Of a stretch of 25,924 nt of DNA, positions 1 through 17,651 are shown piece after piece. A program made the translations under genes and the position numbers. Origin of the DNA: Eledone cirrhosa (lineage: Eukaryota); contig CAXHJY010001585.1 in assembly GCA_964016885.1 (NCBI GenBank), positions 1-25,924 on the forward strand. The letters run 5' to 3'. Every line of letters begins with the position of its first letter. The first letter of the stretch is position 1. Under the pieces are notes generated by a model. The model worked only from the letters and a program-made list of their open reading frames with translations. It was not told where the DNA came from and did not search any database.

Positions 1-4478
<4,478 letters not shown>

Positions 4479-4657
4479 AATCAATCAACAAGAGGATTAA
4501 ACTGATAGTATTTTTATCCAGCTCGGTGTGATTTGAAGAAATACACCAAATCAACTATATTACTAACCAGTCAATCTATTATAAACTTATGTAATTCTAG
4601 AACTGACGCAGGGGTATTCTTGTCTAACACCACCTTTCAAATCCACGAATCAGACTT

Positions 4658-4700
4658 GAAAAGTAAATTTGACCTCGGTGGAATTTGAACTCAGAGAGCG
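4658..4700 (-). mobile_element. Fragment of tRNA-derived SINE (same family as 25528-25704)
   Basis: The reverse complement reads ctctgagttcaaattccaccgaggtcaaatttactttt, matching the B-box and central domain of the other copies. Confidence 0.7.
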
Positions 4701-5079
4701 TAGGAAGCCCCGAAAGGAATAATCCCCGTTTATCTCTTATACCTGAATATAAATCAGCTAGAGCTTAATTGAATATATATTACAATAGAAATCTCGAATT
4801 CATTAATTTAATTAAAAGATCTTAAGTTACATTTAAAGTTCGTACATTGAATAGGTGAAAAAAAAGAAGAGGAAAGGGTGCTTTGTGTAAGAAAGCATTG
4901 ATATAAAGTAATAAGTGCAGGTTACTGGAGGTTAATGATGACAGCATGTCGTGTAACCTTGAATTGAACCTCAGAATGATCTGAGCTACGTAAAGTCAGC
5001 AGGTAACTCTCACCTAGAGTTGTTCATTTGTCACTGATAAGATTACAAGAATGATTAAGGTTCATATCCTGTCACGACA

Positions 5080-5134
<55 letters not shown>

Positions 5135-5136
5135 TA

Positions 5137-5212
5137 CAGGGTGTCACCCCCAAAATGTATACACACTTGGATTAGAATGCTGTTGACGTGTGTAATATTT
5201 TTGGGACACCAT

Positions 5213-5213
<1 letters not shown>
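5137..5213. mobile_element. Short Tc1/mariner-type MITE
   Basis: TA-cagggtgtc...gacaccatg-TA terminal inverted repeats with TA flanks; homologous to 20073-20155. Confidence 0.7.
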
Positions 5214-5251
<38 letters not shown>

Positions 5252-5283
5252 CACGCACGCGCGCACACACACGCATATATATA

Positions 5284-5519
5284 GTATAATAAGAATGAGT
5301 AAAATGTGTAGTTGTAGATATTAAAGAGTCCTTTATTAATAATGCCGTGATATGTATTTCAATGACGATCATGATTACTTCCTTATTTAACCAATATCGT
5401 GATTTCATCAGACAGCAACATTGAGTAAAAGGTTCCGTTTCGGAGGCAATCATGGATACAAGGGAGCGGCCTAAAATATGTTTGTTTTAGCTGACCTTGA
5501 ATTGAATTGCATCCATGTC

Positions 5520-5522
<3 letters not shown>
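5284..5522 (-). mobile_element. Short hammerhead-bearing repeat (PLE pLTR-like, family A)
   Basis: Bounded by microsatellite. Shares ttcggaggcaat...caagggagcgg, the ribozyme and gtcctttattaat with 13198-13436. Confidence 0.7.
5344..5416 (-). ncRNA. Type I hammerhead ribozyme
   Basis: Minus strand: gctgt CTGATGA aatcacgat-(26-nt loop)-atcgtcatt GAAA tacata TC acggc. Stem I is gctgt/acggc and the cleavage triplet is AUC. Confidence 0.85.
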
Positions 5523-5553
<31 letters not shown>

Positions 5554-5734
5554 GTCTTACTGAAATTCGAGCTGCATGTAATGTTTGTAATATATAGCTG
5601 GAAGCACGGCTCTGTGTGTTTAAGGTGTTCGATTCACAACCACCTGCTTCATGATCAGTTCTTTTATAGACTCGAGTTGTACAATGTCTTGTAAGTGTAA
5701 GAACAATTTGACACACACACACATATATATACAC

Positions 5735-5777
<43 letters not shown>

Positions 5778-5981
5778 CCTCAGATAAAGAACTCGCATCA
5801 AGCAATGAATAATTTTAATGCTGCTTTTCCTTATACGAATATTAAGGTTTAAATAACTAACAGATTTCTGTGAGAAACTGAGACCCAAGCTATTATTCGC
5901 TTTGAAAAACATAATGATGGTACAAGGCTACGTAGATGACAATAGTGGTATCTGACTTAGGAACAAAGCCAATAATTCTTA

Positions 5982-6071
5982 GGGAGTGGAAAGTAAATTA
6001 AATCGACCCTAGTGCGTAGTCTTTTATTTAACGAACCCCTATGGATTAAAGGCAAAGCTAACCTCGGCTGG
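5982..6071 (-). mobile_element. Diverged SINE fragment
   Basis: The reverse complement contains gccgaggttagctttgcctttaatccataggggttcgttaaataaaagact. Confidence 0.7.
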
Positions 6072-6241
6072 AGAACAATGTCATAGCAGCATCCGTTACG
6101 ATTACCGATGAATCTCGACAGAAGTAATTGATCTTGAGGACCCCATCTTCTTGAACAGGTTCAGCATAAGTAAATTATACAAATCACATATATTTTTTTT
6201 TAGATATAATGGTTGTTGAAGTTCCTCATTGTTTTTGTTCC

Positions 6242-6602
6242 GGTGAATTGGCAGAATCGGTAGAGCGTCGGACGCCATGCTTTGCAGCATAGAATTACAG
6301 CGCTTACCGAGGTTAACTTTGCCTTTCATCCTTACGGGGTTCAAAAAATATAGCACCAGTAATGCACTGGGATAATTGCTGGCCTTGTGCCAAAAGTAGA
6401 AACAATTATTATGGGTCGATAAAATAAAGTACCAGCAACACACTGGGGTAGATTTAATCGACTTTACCCTCCTTTTTAAATTGCTCTGAGTTCAAATCCT
6501 GCCGAGGTCAACTTTGCATTTCATCCTTACGGGGTCGAGAAAAAGAGCACCAGTAATACGCTGGGATAATTGCTGGCCTTGTGCCAAAAGTAGAAGCAAT
6601 TA
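6242..6602 (+). mobile_element. Tandem composite of tRNA-derived SINE copies
   Basis: Head tggcagaatcggtagagcgtcgg; two copies of gaggt(t/c)aactttgc(c/a)tttcatccttacgggg...ctggccttgtgccaaaagtagaa; flanked by tttttgttcc at 6232-6241 and 6603-6612. Confidence 0.85.
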
Positions 6603-7404
6603 TTTTTGTTCCCAGACAATTCGTTATCGTTCTAAAAATAAATTTATCACCCTTCCCTCTTGTGTTGTTATAATCGCCACTCAACACCAATTAACCTATC
6701 AAGAGAATTACAAATACTTGTCTTTATAAACTGATACCGATGATAAATACATAAATAGATTATCCCTGTGGAACCAAATTATGAAAACGGTTTCATTTTT
6801 CTAGTTGATACCCTCTTAATTCTTATGAACGTTACATAAAACCTTTATATTTACATATCATCAACTGTGTACCTATTACAAGAAATCAATATCTCTTTAT
6901 TTAAACTGTTCTCTGATACTAAAACATATTCCATGTCTTTCCCTTTTTATTTTGTTATTAGTTGTGATTTCTCATAAACGAAAACGATAAGTATGTTGAA
7001 ATATATTGTTTAATGTGAAATCGTGTAATGCGTTTTTGCGTAGGATTTTCTCAGTTAAAACATATGCACTTCGTCTACTACACCCACGATGTTATAATAC
7101 AATACTCCGGATATACCGCTAGTAAATATTTTAATGGCCGCCATATTTGGTTTTATTCTTTTGGGATTTTCCAGGGTTATTTTAATTCTAACAAATTATT
7201 TTTACATGCAAATAAATATTTGATTTCGTTATATCAATAGCATGTGGATTTATATAGTATTTGTATGTGAGATTATACATATAATTCCACGTAGGTTTAT
7301 ATATTATTTTTTAGTAGTTATACATATTTTTATGTGGATTTATACAGACAGACTGAGAAACAGAGAGACAGACAGACACACCCACACGTATATGTATATC
7401 TATA

Positions 7405-7446
<42 letters not shown>

Positions 7447-7655
7447 GAAATGATTATATTTATACATATATATATATATATGCATATAGATATGATTATA
7501 TTTATATAAACACACACACACACACACACACAAATATATATATATGCATATATATATACACACACCAATATATAATTAAGTGAATTTATACATTTATACA
7601 ATCTTACATATGTATATACATATATATAACAATATATATAACAATATATATAACC

Positions 7656-7727
<72 letters not shown>

Positions 7728-7756
7728 GTGTATAGTGGTAGCTTTTCTACGCCTGT

Positions 7757-7793
<37 letters not shown>

Positions 7794-8020
7794 TCTCTTC
7801 ATAGTTAGACGCATTGACTCGCCATACAACTTTTCTACTCAACATCCTGCGCTTCTACAGGATCAATATAGCTTTTAGTATCTTAAACAAAGGCTTTCAT
7901 TAAGTCCCGGCAAACAACCATGACGTAAATAGGTAGTGCCTCTTTCTCTACGACATACACCCGTCTTTGCCATGTTCTTTGTACATATGTATCGTTCATT
8001 ACGCGTACCCACACCCACAC

Positions 8021-8064
<44 letters not shown>

Positions 8065-8072
8065 ACATATAC

Positions 8073-8109
<37 letters not shown>

Positions 8110-8186
8110 TGTATACATACATATACATATATAAATATACACTCACATATATACACTCATATACATATACTTATAAACATACACAT

Positions 8187-8224
<38 letters not shown>

Positions 8225-8394
8225 ACATATACACAAATATACACATATGCATATACATATATAAATATACATACATATATATATATACAAATATATACAT
8301 ATACACAAATATATACATATACATAAATATATACATACAAACAAATATATACATACATATATATATACTTACATAGATACATATACATACATAC

Positions 8395-8434
<40 letters not shown>

Positions 8435-8436
<2 letters not shown>

Positions 8437-8482
8437 CGTTTCTGAATTTGTTTGCAACATGACCCTCCCAAAGTATAACAAT
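8435..8482 (+). mobile_element. Internally deleted copy of the 17770-18089 element
   Basis: ttcgtttctgaatttgttt is joined directly to gcaacatgaccctcccaaagtataacaata; these are the two termini of 17770-18089. Confidence 0.8.
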
Positions 8483-8500
8483 ATATATATATATATATAT

Positions 8501-8830
8501 AGGAAAAGGTTCAGGACCCCGACGGCAGAGCTCAAGCCGTTTCGACGGCTATTTCAAGGGTGTAGCCGTACTCAGCTCGCTTGACCAATTGTGAGTTGAT
8601 GGGGCTATTGAACCCATATTTGTGGGTGGACGGCCGTTGACTCTGAGGAGCTCATCCGATCCTTTTAACACTTCTTGTCTGTTTGTGTTAATGGGGGTCC
8701 ACTAACCCTCCTCAACTGACCAGGGTCTGTTAGAGGCGCCGATTTAGTCGCCCACCACTAGATCATGAAGCAGCTTGTGCTGACTTACATCAATGTACCA
8801 GTGTCAGGCAGAAGCATGATTTGACACACA
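8501..8830 (-). mobile_element. GC-richer repeat (family B), longest copy
   Basis: 8501-8552 matches the arms of the 16352-16455 palindrome and 17584-17634; lies between (TA)n tracts. Confidence 0.7.
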
Positions 8831-8833
8831 CGC

Positions 8834-8889
<56 letters not shown>

Positions 8890-8897
8890 AGTAGATC

Positions 8898-8979
8898 GTC
8901 TTTCGTCAAATCGGACCGAGGAAGCAATGTTTCCGTTGATCTTTCCAATTGCTAATACTATCTATCGGTCACAACTCCA
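8898..8979 (+). repeat. Dispersed repeat homologous to 20778-20893 (minus)
   Basis: Shared ctttcgtcaaa.cggaccgaggaa.caatgtttcc...tctttccaattgctaatac.atcta.cggtc.caactcca. Confidence 0.8.
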
Positions 8980-8984
8980 GGTAG

Positions 8985-9082
8985 AAGGAGCAACGTGAAA
9001 TAAAGTGTCTTGCTCAAGGACATAACGCATCGCCCGGTCCAGGAATCGAACTGACAACCTCACAATTGCGAATCCAGTTCTC
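8985..9082 (-). mobile_element. tRNA-derived SINE fragment with V/CORE-like central motif
   Basis: Minus strand has a B-box-like gttcgattcc followed by gtccttgagcaagacactttatttcacgttg; homologous to 14150-14225. Confidence 0.75.
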
Positions 9083-9282
9083 ATATATATAATGGTCGAA
9101 GGTTGACTTGGAGGTTACGCTTTGATCGTCTTTGATGGACACGTACTAAGATTTTCTTTGTAAAATACATTTCTTTCCTGCACCACATATGATGATATTG
9201 AATTAGAATTTCTTTACGTATAATTTATTTTAAAACACGCATATATATATATGTATATATATATCACTTTCTTTATCTCTCT

Positions 9283-10706
<1,424 letters not shown>

Positions 10707-10801
10707 TTGTTATACTTGGGGAGGGTCATATTTGTGTAATATTGCCAGAATTAATAACAGAACACACTCACTGTTTGGTTGGTTTTCACTTCTCGTAAAA
10801 C

Positions 10802-12179
10802 TATATATATATATATATATATAATATATATATACACATATATATATATACATATACATATATACACATATATATATATATATAATATATATACATATAT
10901 ACACATATATATATACATATACATATATACACATACATATATACACATATATATACACATATATATACACATATATATACACATATATATACACATATAT
11001 ATATACATATATATACACATATATATATATATACATATATATACACATATATATATATATACATATATATACATATATATACATATACATACATATATAC
11101 ATATATATATATATACATACATATATACATATATATATATATACATACATATATACATATATACATACATACATACATATATATACATATATAACATACA
11201 TATATATACATATATACATATACATATACATATATAGATATATACATATTATACATATATATATATACATATACATATATACATTATATATACATATACA
11301 TATATACATATACATATATACATATATCCATATACATATATACATATATATAATATATACATATACATATATACATATATACATATATATATATATACAT
11401 ATACATATATACATATACATATATACACATATATATATACATATACATATATACATATACATATATACACATATACATATATACACATACATATATATAT
11501 ACATATATATATATATATACATATATACATATACATATATATATACATATACGTATATATATATATATACATATACGTATATATATACACATATATACAT
11601 ACATATACACACATATATATACATAAACACATATATATATACATACATATACACATATATATATATACATAAACATACACTTATATATACATAAACATAT
11701 ACACATATATATATATATATATATAGACATATACACATATATATACATATACACATATATATATACATATACACATATATATATACATATACCCATATAT
11801 ATATATACATATACATATATATACATACATATACATACATACATATACACACATATATATACACATACATATATACATATACACACATATATATACACAT
11901 ACATATATACATATACACACATATATATATATATACATATATATACATACATATACACACACATATATATATATACATATATATACATACATATACACAC
12001 ATATATATATATAAACATACATATACACATATATACACACGCACATACATATACGCATATATACACACACACACATACATACATATACACATATATACAC
12101 ACACACACATACATATACACATATATACACACACACACATTATTTATATATATATATATATACACACACATACATATAT
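10802..12179. repeat. Degenerate (TA)n grading into (CA)-rich microsatellite
   Basis: Read directly. Confidence 0.97.
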
Positions 12180-12276
12180 GATCATGTTTTCCCAGTTTCA
12201 GGTACTCACTCTTCTAACCATGACGTTGACATGTTTCATACGATTTATTACTTTTCTCTTTTCTACTTGCTACCAG

Positions 12277-12300
12277 GCGCCTGTTTCACAACCAACAGAT
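12277..12300 (+). other. Candidate 24-nt micro-exon (APVSQPTD in phase 0)
   Basis: A polypyrimidine tract cttttctcttttctacttgctaccag precedes it, GTAAGA follows it, and a ctaac branch-like motif lies about 60 nt upstream. Confidence 0.3.
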
Positions 12301-12518
12301 GTAAGAGTCAAGTGCATCGCAGCATTGCCTTGCAGAAGCTACTGGAAATACGAGATGGAATTTATTACAAGAAATAAACGTAAAAGGAACTTTCACAAAA
12401 CTAGAGATTCCATAGGAAATTGGAAAGAAGCATACCCTCCTCTCTCTCTAAAAAGAAAAAAAAAAACACTCTAGCAGTGACTATCGAAATGAACACATTA
12501 TACACATACACACAGAAC

Positions 12519-12553
<35 letters not shown>

Positions 12554-12953
12554 ATATATATACCTATGTGTGTGCGGTTGTATAACAATGTACAAGGTAT
12601 ATTGATTTGCAAGATTTAAAAAAAATCTCCACTAAAAGATATCTATACATTTAAAGTATTTCTTCGCTATTTATGAAATAAAAAATCCAAAAAGAACAAG
12701 AATTTGAGAATTTACCTAGTTCTGTCTCTCTCTCTGTCTCTCTCTCTCTCTTTCTATCTCTCTCACCCCATCTTTCATTTTTCTCATTATATATATATAT
12801 ATTAATAAATTCTTTAGCAAGAAAAATTTGGTCACAGAAAAAGAATCAATGAATGATGCTATAGCATATATATATATAAATATCCAAGGTTAAGAACACT
12901 CAGTCCAAAGGACGAGTTTAGTATAAATAATTTTCTTTTTCATTTTACTTATG

Positions 12954-13003
12954 ACAGGCTGAATGAGTTGTGGTCCAGAACCGAACGAAACTTAAGTACC
13001 TGT
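12954..13003 (+). ncRNA. Type I hammerhead ribozyme with one-nucleotide core insertion
   Basis: acagg CTGAATGA gttgtggt-ccaga-accgaac GAAA cttaag TA cctgt. Stem I is 5 bp, stem III is the palindrome cttaag, and the triplet is GUA. Confidence 0.8.
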
Positions 13004-13017
13004 TTATGTCACTTTTG

Positions 13018-13055
<38 letters not shown>

Positions 13056-13061
<6 letters not shown>

Positions 13062-13147
13062 TAACAGATTAAAGTTTAAGCAAAGAATCGCTGCTTTCAC
13101 GCTTAAGAAGATCCCGTTAAGGGTGAAAGCAGCGATTCTTTGCTTAA
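13056..13147. repeat. Fold-back element (family C)
   Basis: 31-bp inverted arms at 13076-13106 and 13117-13147 with one mismatch; homologous to 21779-21924 and 20689-20731. Confidence 0.85.
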
Positions 13148-13197
13148 TAAATATTTACATAGGTGTGTGTATATATATATATATATATATACATATA

Positions 13198-13436
13198 TTC
13201 GGTATACAAGGATGCTATTCACTTCTAGCACGCAGCGTTATATTACTTCCTAAAAAACAAGGATGGCGGAGTATATTAGTAAAGAGGAAAATGCGAAATT
13301 GAAGATGTTAGGGTCCTTTATTAATTGAGCCGTTATATATATTTCAATGACGATAGATATCGTGATTTCTTCAGACAGCCAAAATTGATTAAAATGTAAC
13401 ATTTCGGAGGCAATTTTGGGTGCAAGGGAGCGGACT
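13198..13436 (-). mobile_element. Short hammerhead-bearing repeat (family A, second copy)
   Basis: Homologous to 5284-5522 and bounded by (TA)n. Confidence 0.7.
13329..13379 (-). ncRNA. Type I hammerhead ribozyme
   Basis: Minus strand: gctgt CTGAAGA aatcacgat-atct-atcgtcatt GAAA tatata TA acggc. Confidence 0.9.
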
Positions 13437-13786
13437 ATATATATATATATATGATATCGCTTCCTCCAACGATTTTCTTTCTGTGACCGAATTTGGCTTG
13501 TTAAAGGTTTTATAAATATATATACCCACTGATTGTTTAGAATTCTACAAGACAAAAAGTCAAATTAACTTTCCAGTCACTCACTAATACGTTCATATAA
13601 GAGTTCTTATATGTTTCCATCATTATGCAGGTTATGTACAGCAGACGTAAGACCATATATATATATAAACTGGCATGATTCTTCAACTTTTGTATAAATA
13701 TATATCGGCCGTCTATGAATTTCTAACAAATCACACGATCCTTTGCGATCAATAACTTATCAGTAACGTAAAGTAACTTTTGTCTC

Positions 13787-14225
13787 AAGTCTGTCCAGAG
13801 CCCGGAATCCCATCAAGCCGGTGGTTAATTGGGTTTCTTTGGGATTAAGTGACTGAAAATACAAGACTTCGCCATGGAAAGGAGCATCACAGAGTTAAAG
13901 TCTGTCTGAAGCCTAGAGGATCATTAAGTTTGTCCCTGATTCTTTGTAATTAAGCGACTGAAAGTACAGGACGCTAGCCCATGATAGTTTTAAAGTCTGT
14001 CTCAGGTCTGGAGGCTCATTAGGCCAGTGCACACCCCGGTGTCTGTGGCGTTAAGCGACTAATAGGACACGACGTCCCCCTGGACAAGTTGCCAGTCCAT
14101 CGCAGAATGAAACACCTGGCTATTGCTGGTACTCATTTTTAGATGAGTATACTAGAACAACGTGAAATGAAGTGTTTTGCTCAGGAGCACAACACACAAC
14201 ACCCAGTCCAAGAATCGAACCCATG
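13787..14225 (-). mobile_element. V/CORE-like SINE with a triplicated ~100-bp distal segment
   Basis: 14150-14225 matches 8985-9082. Three diverged units aagtctgtc...ttaag(t/c)gact start near 13787, 13897 and 13993. Confidence 0.7.
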
Positions 14226-14799
14226 TAAATTACAAGGCATATAATATTGCAAAAATGACATTGGTAATTGTAGTATGTTCTGTGGGTTGCTAGTTTCGAG
14301 GTTCATATTGATGTGGAGTCCCTTCCTCTTGGAGTATTTTTAATTATATTCTAATTAAGAATTTGTGTTTACAATCGCTGTTTATAATTTGAGGTTTCTT
14401 TTATGTGCTACTCATTAGCTTGGACAAACAAGCACGAACCATTCCTAATGTGAGACCATGCACTTACAGCAAGTAACCATCACAAACATTATTTTGCCGA
14501 ATATATTTTAAATATTTTCAAATATAAAAACAAAAGGTGAAATACATTCATACAAGAATAGAAACTAAATTTCGAACTCAACACCTGAGGAAATTTACCA
14601 CTTATTCTAATGAGACACCAACAACACCTGTTATTTGGTATAGTGCATGGATCATAAATCATGAAACATACTTAGCATTGCATATTTATCTATTTATTAT
14701 TATTATTGGAGGTTTTCTATAAATCACTCATTCCCCTTACACACGCAGGCAAATGCATGCGTATACGCAGATTCACGCCCACCCATATATATATACATA

Positions 14800-15005
14800 C
14801 GCACACAGAGACATATACATACTCATACACAGACATTCCTATTCATACACACACACAGATATACATACTCATACACACGAACAAATACAGACATATACAT
14901 ACTCATACACACGAACACACACAGACATATACATACTCATATACACGAACACACAGAGACATATACATACTCATATACACGAACACACACAGACATACTC
15001 ACACA
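14800..15005. repeat. Minisatellite, ~34-bp unit (acagacatatacatactcatacacacgaacacac)
   Basis: Five to six imperfect tandem copies. Confidence 0.8.
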
Positions 15006-15176
15006 CATACATACACATATACACACACATATATATATAAGAAGCATGGGCGTAAACAATATTCGAAAAGAAAAAAGAGACCACTATATACTGCAACTAA
15101 TGTTTAAAATGTTATTGTTATTTAAATGAACATTTTAACACGACACTGGGATTTATTGAAGTTAATATTTGAAGAT

Positions 15177-15247
15177 AAACAAAAAGAAAAAAAAAAGAAA
15201 AAAAAGAAAAAAAAAAGAAAAAAAAGAAAAAAAGAAAAAAAAGAAAA
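15177..15247. repeat. (A6-10 G)n purine tract
   Basis: Read directly. Confidence 0.9.
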
Positions 15248-15697
15248 CAACCCTCGCTACCTTCGACACGATATATTCACTTGATAATAGAAAAGCTTTA
15301 ATCGAAGCACTCTAAAATCGATTGAGTGTCGTGAAACATGGATGAGGGAAGCACATTAGAGAAGACTTCATTTTAGAACGAAAGCTCTCGAAACTATGTG
15401 AAGTCATAATAGATTATAAGGTGTAAATTTTAAATGGTGAAAAAGAAATGAAATGAAAAATTATATTTCTATAGAAATCTATTGAAAACATTAAAAGAAT
15501 TCTAATGAAAATTACAGAGTTTTTTCTCGAATACTTCTGTCACCTAATAGTATAAAGGGAAATGGCAGTAACAATCAGTTCTCTTCTTCGCCATCATCGT
15601 AGATGTCTTCGTCATCACCATCATCATATAATATTCTATGCAGATTGTGGGCGATCTCACAACAGCAAGGTTCAATATATATATATATATATATATA

Positions 15698-15825
15698 TAG
15701 GGTGGCCCAAAAGTCGCAATACATAGGACATTTTTAAGTTTCCATATTTATTTATTTATTTTGAATAAATTGTTTCTTATAAAACAATTATTTTTTTAAT
15801 GCATCGCGACTTTTGGGCCACCATA
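15698..15825. mobile_element. Tc1/mariner-type MITE in (TA)n
   Basis: Perfect 17-bp inverted repeats ggtggcccaaaagtcgc / gcgacttttgggccacc with TA flanks. Confidence 0.8.
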
Positions 15826-15976
15826 TATATATATATATATATATACAATCACCAGCTTCCCCTACCACAAGAAAATGTATAAATATATATATATATGCGT
15901 ATAAATATTTCGTATCTCCAAAGATATACGGTTTTAGGAAGCTGTAGCTATGCAAACACCAGAAGCAAGGGGGACA

Positions 15977-16020
15977 ACCGTCTATGCATTTCAGGCTTAA
16001 CTGACCTTCGTCAGGACGGT
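15977..16020 (-). ncRNA. Minimal type I hammerhead ribozyme
   Basis: Minus strand: accgtc CTGACGA agg-tcagttaag-cct GAAA tgca TA gacggt. Perfect 6-bp stem I and palindromic tgca stem III. Confidence 0.9.
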
Positions 16021-16165
16021 CCTTCCCACCGCTTGCGACTGCTGGACTAGAAGACAGGCGAGAATATATACTTTTCTCGTCTGTGTAAATGAGGTGATTA
16101 ATATCATTTGCATATGAAGCTGCATAAGTTGGCTCATAAGCTACGCTTGAAGCGAAATCCTATTT

Positions 16166-16222
<57 letters not shown>

Positions 16223-16351
16223 ACTAAGACTCCAGTTGCATTTTCGATTTCATCTCTTTTTCTTTATACTTTCACTCGTGTAGGACACCTCGGTTATTTT
16301 TCATTTTGTAAACAAAAACCCTCACTTTCTAATATATATATATATATATAT

Positions 16352-16533
16352 ATAGGAACCAGTAAGACCCCGACAGCTGAGCTCAAGCCGTTTCGACGGC
16401 TAATTAGCCGTCGAAACGGCTTGAGCTCAGCTGTCGGGGTCTTACTGGTTCCTATTACCCACTCTACTACCTCAAGTATTGAGTACTTTGGTGCGTTATG
16501 GTCCACCTGGTTCCTTACCACATTTCCTTCGTT
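16352..16533. mobile_element. Family B element with a perfect 104-bp palindrome (16352-16455) and a 3' tail ending in (TA)n
   Basis: The arms were checked base by base, with the centre between 16403 and 16404. The tail matches 17516-17572 and 17672-17740 in reverse. Confidence 0.9.
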
Positions 16534-16633
16534 ATATATATATATATATATATATATTTAAAGGTTAAACAAGGTTCAATGAATAAATCAATGAATAACC
16601 ATCAACATAGTCAAGGTATGTCAAGCATCATCT

Positions 16634-16700
16634 TATTTTATCTGACGAGGATGTACTGTTGAAGATAGCTCAGTACCTCTGAAATATGTAGAATAAAATA
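16634..16700 (+). ncRNA. Hammerhead ribozyme, probably inactivated (U16.1 to G)
   Basis: tattttat CTGACGA ggatgtactg...cagtacctct GAAA tatgta GA ataaaata. The 8-bp stem I is intact but the NUH triplet is lost. Confidence 0.7.
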
Positions 16701-16832
16701 TACTTGATCACACGAATGTCTATATTTGTTAATATTTTGAATTAATATATATATATATATACAATGAACTTCCTTACTGGGAAAACTTTTTTCCCATATT
16801 ACCTAACGACATTGCAATGGTTAACACCATCG

Positions 16833-16882
16833 CTACCACCACCACTACTGCCACCAGCACCACCACTACCACCACCACCACC
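16833..16882. repeat. (CAC/TAC)n trinucleotide repeat
   Basis: Read directly. Confidence 0.85.
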
Positions 16883-17394
16883 GCTGGCTGCAGAACATCA
16901 CAACACAAACGCATTAACCGATTGCTGTTGAAATTTCATGGACAACTGCCATAGTTGTGAAGGTTCGCTGTTAAAGATTTGACAAGCTATTAACGGGTTA
17001 TATTGGTCACGAACCGTAATTGTCAGATAAATTTGACAAAGTTTATGTAGGAGATGATGTCTTAATATCACCTTACCAAACAATATGTTTCGTCGATTTA
17101 GAAGTTATTTCAATATCAACGAATATGGTCGCTTACAATTTAGGAAATATGAAAATATCACAACACACACACGTTCATATCTTCATACTCACATACTTAT
17201 ATCTTACACACACATACATGTTCACATACTTATATTTTACACAAACACATACATACACATATACTTATAACTTACACATACACATATATATAATTATATG
17301 TATGTGTATATAACTACATGTATATATATATATATATGTTGATTTAACACTTCACTGCTCGCAAGTGTTTTTTATGCTTCATATCATGTCTCCC

Positions 17395-17465
17395 TATTTT
17401 ATCTGATGAGAACGCAAATATCATCCCATGATGATATTTGTTTTTGAAATGCGCATAATAAAATA
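17395..17465 (+). ncRNA. Type I hammerhead ribozyme
   Basis: tattttat CTGATGA gaacgcaaatatcatc-ccat-gatgatatttgttttt GAAA tgcgca TA ataaaata. Stem I is 8 bp, stem II is long, and stem III is the palindrome tgcgca. Confidence 0.9.
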
Positions 17466-17515
17466 CATGGAACTCTTAACCATCTTGATTTTATATTATA
17501 TATATATATATATAT

Positions 17516-17634
17516 AACGAAGGAAATGTGGTAAGGAACCAGGTGGACCATAACGCACCAAAGTACTCAATATTTGTCCAGAATTAGCCGTCGAAACGGC
17601 TTGAGCTCAGCCGTCGGGGTCCTACTCGTTCCTA
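17516..17634. mobile_element. Family B copy with internal inversion
   Basis: 17516-17572 is the reverse complement of the 16477-16533 tail; 17584-17634 is a direct match to 16404-16454. Confidence 0.85.
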
Positions 17635-17651
17635 TATATATATATATATAT

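Noticed and set aside
12178-12474. 98-aa ORF with a hydrophobic, signal-peptide-like start
   Set aside because: The hydrophobicity comes from a T-rich tract and there is no recognisable domain. Only the micro-exon candidate is retained.
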